DNA of 64,000 nt, taken from NCBI GenBank assembly GCA_965222375.1, contig CBDCTZ010000016.1, positions 1,376,001-1,440,000 of the forward strand, in the 5' to 3' direction. A program made the position numbers and the translations under genes. This DNA is from Polyangiaceae bacterium (GTDB taxonomy: Bacteria > Myxococcota_A > Polyangia > Polyangiales > Polyangiaceae). Positions within the stretch are counted from its first letter, which is position 1. Each line of letters starts with the position of its first letter. The notes beneath the pieces are model-generated. The model was not told the DNA's origin and did not search any database. It saw only the letters and a program-made list of their open reading frames with translations. Shown here piece by piece: positions 58,438 to 64,000 of the stretch.

Positions 58438-60009
58438 GTGGCGCTATCGCGGGTCGGTCGTTACGAGCTAATCCGTCCGATCGCATCGGGCGGAATGGCG
58501 ACAGTGCACCTAGGCCGCGTGGTAGGCGCCGGTGGCTTCCAGCGCTTGGTGGCGATCAAGGTGATGCACCAACACATCGCCGAGGATCCGGAATTCGTGG
58601 CCATGTTTTTGGACGAGGCGCGATTGGCTGCTGGCATCCGTCACCCCAACGTCGTGGCGACTTTGGACATCGAGCAAGGTGCCGACGGTCTACTCCTAGT
58701 GATGGAGTATGTGGAAGGTGCCTCGGCCCACGTCTTGGTGAAGGCGCTGCGGCAGGCAGGCAAGCGTCTGCCCCTTCCCGTGACCCTGCGTGTCTGCATG
58801 GATGCGCTCAACGGATTGCACGCTGCCCACGAACTGAAGAGCACCGGTGGTCGGCCCCTGGGCCTCGTTCATCGGGACGTGTCGCCCCAGAACATCTTGG
58901 TAGGTGTCGATGGCGTCAGCCGTATCACGGACTTTGGAGTGGCGCGGGCAGGGGCGAGGATCTCGAGTACGCGCGGGAGCCAGATAAAGGGCAAAGTGCC
59001 TTACATGTCCCCGGAGCAGCTCCGGGCGGAAGAGATCGATCGCCGAAGCGACGTGTGGGCGGCGGGAGTGGTGCTGTGGGAGTTGCTCACGAGCGCACGC
59101 CTATTTCGAGCGCCCAGCGATGGTGCGCTGGTAGCGCAAGTGATGGCGGGGGTGAACCAAGGCCCCCGGGCGGTGGATCCGAGCATACCCGTCGAGATCG
59201 ACGCCGTGTGCATGCGGGCGCTCTCCCTCGAAGTCTCGCAGCGCTTCGCATCCACAGCCAACTTCGCCGACGCGCTCGAAGAGGCTGCCTCCCGCGCCCG
59301 AGTCAGTATTGGGAGCCCCCGCAGCGTTGGAAAGTTCGTGTCGACCACGCTGGCGGCCGCCGGGCTCGCTCCGCAGACGGACGGTGTGGCCGGAGTCGGC
59401 GCAGCCGTCGCGGCCGACTACCCGAGGCCTCCTCAAGCTAGCCGCCCCAGCACGGGGCCAAGCCAGCCCACTGCTCCGCTGCCCGCGGCAAAGTTCGACG
59501 ACGACCAAGCCGCGACAGTTGCCCGGGACGTTTCTGGTGGCGTCCACACTCCGCTCCGAGGCCTGCCCGAACACGGTAGCGGTGCGAGCTCCGTTGCCGT
59601 GGCCCCCGTTGCGGCGCCGCGGGCCACGCAGGCTGGACGTGCGGCGGGCGTTGGCGTCTTGGTCGGCGGGGCACTTGGCATGCTGTTGCTGCTCGGCATC
59701 GTGATCACGGTGTTCGTGCGTCGCTCACCAGCGCCGCCCGTCGCCGCTGCGCCTCCGGCGAGCGTTGCCCAGCCGGCGCCAACCCCGACGGCTCCGCCAC
59801 CAATTACACCCAGCGAGCTCGAACTCGCCCCGGACGCGGCCGCAGAGAGTTCTGCGCCAATAGCGGAAGAGCCCGCACCAGAGCCAGAGCCGCCCCCTGC
59901 CTCGACGGCGACGCCAAAGCCCGCCCCGGCCAACAACTGGGCGCCGCGTCCGAAGCCGAGGCCCCAGCCGAAACCGGGCGGCAACGAGTTCGAGCCAGAT
60001 CGACTATAA
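58438..60009 (+). CDS. Membrane Ser/Thr protein kinase
   Basis: GGMATV, HRDVSPQN, DFG, GKVPYMSPE; TM, Pro-rich tail. Confidence 0.92.
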   Translation: MALSRVGRYELIRPIASGGMATVHLGRVVGAGGFQRLVAIKVMHQHIAEDPEFVAMFLDEARLAAGIRHPNVVATLDIEQGADGLLLVMEYVEGASAHVLVKALRQAGKRLPLPVTLRVCMDALNGLHAAHELKSTGGRPLGLVHRDVSPQNILVGVDGVSRITDFGVARAGARISSTRGSQIKGKVPYMSPEQLRAEEIDRRSDVWAAGVVLWELLTSARLFRAPSDGALVAQVMAGVNQGPRAVDPSIPVEIDAVCMRALSLEVSQRFASTANFADALEEAASRARVSIGSPRSVGKFVSTTLAAAGLAPQTDGVAGVGAAVAADYPRPPQASRPSTGPSQPTAPLPAAKFDDDQAATVARDVSGGVHTPLRGLPEHGSGASSVAVAPVAAPRATQAGRAAGVGVLVGGALGMLLLLGIVITVFVRRSPAPPVAAAPPASVAQPAPTPTAPPPITPSELELAPDAAAESSAPIAEEPAPEPEPPPASTATPKPAPANNWAPRPKPRPQPKPGGNEFEPDRL

Positions 60010-60017
60010 AGACAGGG

Positions 60018-61016
60018 ATGTTCCCGATGCGGCGCGTCCTAGCTTTGGCCCTAATGCTGACGGCATTGCCGGCATGGGCCCAAAGCATGAATCCCGCTGA
60101 AGCCAAGCGCGAGTTTCAGGCGGCCCAGGCTCTGTACCAGCAGAAGCGCTGTGGCCAAGCCCTCCCCAAGTTTCGGCGACTGGTCAAGGGCACTGCCAGC
60201 CCGAACGCGCAGATCTACGTTGCCCGCTGCTTGCGAGAGTTGGGCAAGCTCGCCGAGGCGTATCAATCCTACAGCGCTACGATTCAGGCGGCGAACGCAA
60301 AGGCCAGTGAGGAAGAGCGTTACGCGGCGACTCGAAGTGCAGCGGCCGCAGAGCGCGCCGCCCTCGAGTCGAAGGTCGCTCGCCTCGTGATCGCATCGGC
60401 CGAGGCATCTGAGGGCTTGGTCGTGAAAGTGGATGGCGAGGAACTGGAGCCTTCGTTGGTTGGCGAAGTTCTTGGTCATATGCCTGGCAGAGCGCGCATC
60501 GAGGCGACTGCACCCGGGCGTGGCAGCTTCGAAAAGACCGTTGAGCTGCAAGCTGGTGCACGTGAGACTGTCACGATAGTGCTGTCTGAGGGGCAGGGCG
60601 TGGCCGCCCAGGCGAATTCCGATGGGTCTACGCCGGGGCAGACGACCGGGGACTCTGGCGTCGCGGGCGCGGATGTCGGTGGTGGCAGCAACACTTTGGC
60701 CTTCATCGCCTTGGGAGTTGGCGCGGCTGGTCTGGGGACCTTTGGTGTCGCTGGCATAATGGCAAACCAGAAGTTCGACGAGCTGGAAAAGGACTGCAAC
60801 GGCGCCGCTTGCCCCGAGGATCGACGCAGCGATGTCGAGAGCGGGCAGCGCCTCGACACCATCGCCAACATTGGGCTGATCGTTGGCGGCGTGGGCCTAG
60901 CTACGGGCGCGGGCCTGCTGCTGTTTGGCGGTAAATCGAAGCAAACTGCCCGGAGCAGCGTCATCGCCGTGCCCACGCCTTCCGGGGCGAGGGTGTCCGT
61001 TTCTGGGAGCTTCTAG
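60018..61016 (+). CDS. TPR + PEGA-like secreted/outer-membrane protein
   Basis: Signal peptide, TPR helices, PEGA-like beta domain, hydrophobic Gly hairpin, terminal SGSF. Confidence 0.75.
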   Translation: MFPMRRVLALALMLTALPAWAQSMNPAEAKREFQAAQALYQQKRCGQALPKFRRLVKGTASPNAQIYVARCLRELGKLAEAYQSYSATIQAANAKASEEERYAATRSAAAAERAALESKVARLVIASAEASEGLVVKVDGEELEPSLVGEVLGHMPGRARIEATAPGRGSFEKTVELQAGARETVTIVLSEGQGVAAQANSDGSTPGQTTGDSGVAGADVGGGSNTLAFIALGVGAAGLGTFGVAGIMANQKFDELEKDCNGAACPEDRRSDVESGQRLDTIANIGLIVGGVGLATGAGLLLFGGKSKQTARSSVIAVPTPSGARVSVSGSF

Positions 61017-61040
61017 TTTGGTCGCAGGCGGCGCGGGGAA

Positions 61041-61063
61041 CTTATATGCATATTGCATATAAG
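61041..61063. repeat. AT-rich perfect inverted repeat
   Basis: CTTATATGCA-TAT-TGCATATAAG. Confidence 0.85.
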
Positions 61064-61170
61064 CCTGTCACTTGCAGCGGTCTGCGAGCGGCTCTGCGAG
61101 ATTAGCGCCGCAGCCACGCCCCAGAGCCGCGACCCCAAAAAACAAACTGCCAAACCGGGCGCCGTCTAGA

Positions 61171-63642
61171 TCACTTCGGCCCGCAGTCCGCCTTGGCGCC
61201 GGCCGCGTCGTTGTTGTCTTCGCGACACTCGTTGAAGGTCTTGTTCGTTCCCTGATCGATCTTGGCGCTATAGGTGTCGCTCTGGCCCCCGCTGCCCGCG
61301 GGCACGCTGAACTGGATAGTCTCGCTCTGGCCCGGGCCGAGGGGCTGAGTCGTGGTGACGCTGCCGATCTTGTTGCTGCCGTTGTAGATGTCCACTGGAA
61401 CGCCGGCGGGCAGGCCCGAGAGCCCAATGTTGCGTACCGTGACGTGCACAATCACCGGATCACTGCATTCCACACTGACGGTGACTACGGCGTCCGGTGC
61501 GTCGAACAACCCCTTGTCCTGGACGTTCTGCCGGAAGTTGTTTAGCCAAGGGATCGTCCAGTTGGCCTGTTGCTTCGGTGGGATCAAGCCGTAGGTGTTG
61601 GGCGCAATGCAGGCACTGTCCCGGTCGTCGCAGACGTTGGAAACCGAATAGGCGTGTTGGTTCCAAAGGGTGCGGGTGCCCACCCAAGAGTTCTGCTTGT
61701 CTCCCCAGACCGTCAGGCCGCGGTGTGCGGTTTGGCCCGGGGGCGGCTTCCAGGCCGGGCGGTTGTTGGCCGGATCCGGCTGGTTCCAGGGTGCAATGTT
61801 GCACTTCCAGGACGTGGGGTTGGCGCCGTTGGAGACCATCACGATCTCGGAATGCCCGTCGCCATCCACGTCCGCCACGATGGATGCCTCCGTGGCCGTG
61901 AAGGACGTGGTCAGTTCCGCGAGCAGAACCTTGCCGGTTGCACCGTCGTAGACCCACAAGAAGCACTCGTCGTTGTAGATGACCTCGGCCTTTCCGTCGC
62001 CTTCGAAGTCGAAGACGCTCGAACCCGTGACCGACGAAGACAAGTCGTGGTTCGGCGCCTCCCACACGCTCACGATTTGGTTGGTCGTGTAGTTCGGCTT
62101 CAGCATCGAATACTTGTTCTGCTGCGCCACGCCGATCTCGGCCTTTCCGTCGCCATCGAAGTCGGCGACCGTCGGTGGTCCGCCGCTGCCGGTTCCCAGT
62201 AGCGTGAAGGGACCCAATTCGTCCGCCCCCGTGGCACCCTCGAGGATCCAAACCTTGCCGCCAGAGACGGTCACGACCTCGGGCTTCTTGTCGCCGTCGA
62301 AGTCCCCCGCAGCGCTGAGCCCGTTGGGAATAGCGGCTCCCAGGGGGCTAGCTGCATTGCGCTTCCACAGCGTGCCGCCGGTCTTGCTGTTGTAGGCCGT
62401 GTTACCGGCAAAGAGCTCGAGCTTACCGTCGCCGTCGAGGTCGACGAAGAAGGACAGTGCCTTGTTGTAGCCGCCGCCGGATGCACTGGCCGGGCCGTCG
62501 AATTGATGCGTGATGCTGTTGCCGTTGATGGTCCACACTGTCGAGGCGTAGGCAACTTCCGGGTTACCGTCGTTGTCCATGTCTCCCAGTGCGATCCCGC
62601 CGCCCCAGCCGAAGACCGCCGGGGTCGCGCCGGGATAAGCCTTGTCGGAAATACCGAGGACTTGACCGTCACCACTCACGAGGGCGATCTTGCCCTCGCC
62701 GGTCATGGCGACGACTTCCATGCTGCCATCGCCGTTGGTGTCGCCGATAGCCGTGCTCAGGCCTGCGAAACCAACGCTGCTTGGCTCTGCTTTGCGCAGC
62801 GACCACAGGGTCGTTCCCGTGCGACCGTCGACAGCTCGCAACACGCCCGTCTTGCAAGTGCTGTTGGCTGCCGGGGCGCCGTTGCACGAACAGCAAGTTC
62901 CCGCGGCGTTGCCGGACACGAAAACCAATGCCGGGGAATCTCCCGCGTTTACGGTTCCATCGCAGTTCGAGTCGTAGATGCGGCCTACGGTTGGTGTCGC
63001 CCAGGTGTCGATGAAGGCGGGGAACTCGGGCGGCTTGATCTCCTGGCCCCACTGCCACTTCTTGGTCGTCGTGAGATTGCCGGCGGTTGGATAGAACTCG
63101 CACTTTTCGAAACAGCCACCTGCGTCCGCGCCCGCGTCACCCTCTCCGCAAATCGGGGGAAGGTCCACACAGCGCCCAGCGCTGGTGACGGTGGTGGTGC
63201 ACACCTTGCCGCCGTCCGGTGCGCCGCCGTCCAAGCTCCCACCGTCCGGTTTCTCGCCGAGGCTAGTTTCGCAGTACTTGCCGTCGCCGCAGTCGGCAGA
63301 GCTCTGGCAGACCTTGCCGGGCGTCTTGCATTGCTCGAATAGGCAGACGTCTCCACTCGGGCAACACTTGCCGTTGCAGGACAGCTCCGCGCTGTCGCAA
63401 CAGATCCCCTTGGAGCACACGCCGGTCTCGCACGGCATGTTGGGGCCACACTGCGCGGGGCCTCCGCCAGTGCTCGAGTCCAGGTTGATGCCCGCGCCGG
63501 AGCCAGCCGCTCCGCCCGCTCCGGAAGCGGCTCCAATGCCACCGCCGCCGACGACCTTGTTGTCTTCACTTCCGCCGCAGGCGACTGCGACGCAGAGAGG
63601 AAGAGTCAACGATGAGAGAACAGCCAGTCGAAGTCTGCGCAT
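61171..63642 (-). CDS. FG-GAP/VCBS-repeat lipoprotein with C-terminal CARDB-like domain
   Basis: AVAC lipobox; many DxDGDGxxE repeats; SSVFDFEGDG; ECREDNN; GGAGG RBS. Confidence 0.88.
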   Translation of the reverse strand: MRRLRLAVLSSLTLPLCVAVACGGSEDNKVVGGGGIGAASGAGGAAGSGAGINLDSSTGGGPAQCGPNMPCETGVCSKGICCDSAELSCNGKCCPSGDVCLFEQCKTPGKVCQSSADCGDGKYCETSLGEKPDGGSLDGGAPDGGKVCTTTVTSAGRCVDLPPICGEGDAGADAGGCFEKCEFYPTAGNLTTTKKWQWGQEIKPPEFPAFIDTWATPTVGRIYDSNCDGTVNAGDSPALVFVSGNAAGTCCSCNGAPAANSTCKTGVLRAVDGRTGTTLWSLRKAEPSSVGFAGLSTAIGDTNGDGSMEVVAMTGEGKIALVSGDGQVLGISDKAYPGATPAVFGWGGGIALGDMDNDGNPEVAYASTVWTINGNSITHQFDGPASASGGGYNKALSFFVDLDGDGKLELFAGNTAYNSKTGGTLWKRNAASPLGAAIPNGLSAAGDFDGDKKPEVVTVSGGKVWILEGATGADELGPFTLLGTGSGGPPTVADFDGDGKAEIGVAQQNKYSMLKPNYTTNQIVSVWEAPNHDLSSSVTGSSVFDFEGDGKAEVIYNDECFLWVYDGATGKVLLAELTTSFTATEASIVADVDGDGHSEIVMVSNGANPTSWKCNIAPWNQPDPANNRPAWKPPPGQTAHRGLTVWGDKQNSWVGTRTLWNQHAYSVSNVCDDRDSACIAPNTYGLIPPKQQANWTIPWLNNFRQNVQDKGLFDAPDAVVTVSVECSDPVIVHVTVRNIGLSGLPAGVPVDIYNGSNKIGSVTTTQPLGPGQSETIQFSVPAGSGGQSDTYSAKIDQGTNKTFNECREDNNDAAGAKADCGPK

Positions 63643-63766
63643 GGGGTGAGCCTCCACCGCCAAGGATAGCAAAATTGCTAGGTCAGAGCCCTCGCGTGGA
63701 GTTTTTCCGCGCCTGTGGGAATTCGCCTGTATGCCTTCCCCGGCGAAAATTGGTAAGGATTGAACC

Positions 63767-64000
63767 ATGGCCGACGGCGACAGTGCCGGCATCGACGAGA
63801 CCGAAGGCGCGACGACGCTGCGATTGGCCGTGGAGGCCGCAAGCATGGGGCTTTGGCACTGGGATGCTCAGACCAATTTGGTAGTCTGGGATGATGCCAC
63901 GTGCCGCATCTTCGGAGTGGAGCCGGGCAAGGGGCCAACGGGCTACGAAGACTATATGAAGCTAGTTCACCCCGAAGATCGCGAAACACTTCAACAGTCG
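63767..64000 (+). CDS. PAS-domain protein (partial, runs off the window)
   Basis: MADG..LRLAVEAASMGLWHWD..VHPEDR, read directly from the sequence. Confidence 0.8.
   Translation, partial: MADGDSAGIDETEGATTLRLAVEAASMGLWHWDAQTNLVVWDDATCRIFGVEPGKGPTGYEDYMKLVHPEDRETLQQS

Noticed and set aside
61035..61066. dif site
   Set aside because: No XerD-arm TTATGTTAAA-like sequence; the spacer is 3 nt, not 6

Overview
High-GC bacterial chromosome segment whose gene content points to Myxococcota, probably Polyangiales-like (three eukaryotic-type Ser/Thr kinases, PEGA/TPR proteins, many Gly/Cys-rich lipoproteins, an SgmX-like TPR protein). Housekeeping blocks (hrcA; skp-lpxD-fabZ-lpxA; tldD; pdxA; tRNA-Val-thrS-infC; cysC; yajC-secD-secF; tRNA-Ala) alternate with accessory blocks. 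Highlights: (1) a divergent metal(loid)-methylation-like cluster with tetR-methyltransferase-HgcAB-like corrinoid/ferredoxin fusion on one strand and arsM-Cys-rich marR-DUF2478-like gene on the other. It has visible operators, lies next to tRNA-Ala and is bracketed by ~20-bp inverted repeats. (2) A BCP/PrxQ peroxiredoxin with an in-frame UGA at the peroxidatic Cys and a SECIS-like hairpin, so a probable selenoprotein. (3) A dispersed intergenic motif family (TGGTTT..TTTGGGG(TCG) / CGACCC(C)AAA..CA) occurring as outward-facing pairs around cargo blocks, with two copies carrying a shared UUCG-hairpin element. (4) A persulfide dioxygenase/TauE pair with divergent sigma-54 promoters. (5) A decayed transposon. 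Several short frameshifts, mostly in homopolymers, suggest long-read assembly errors. All family assignments come from motif recognition by eye; no searches were run.
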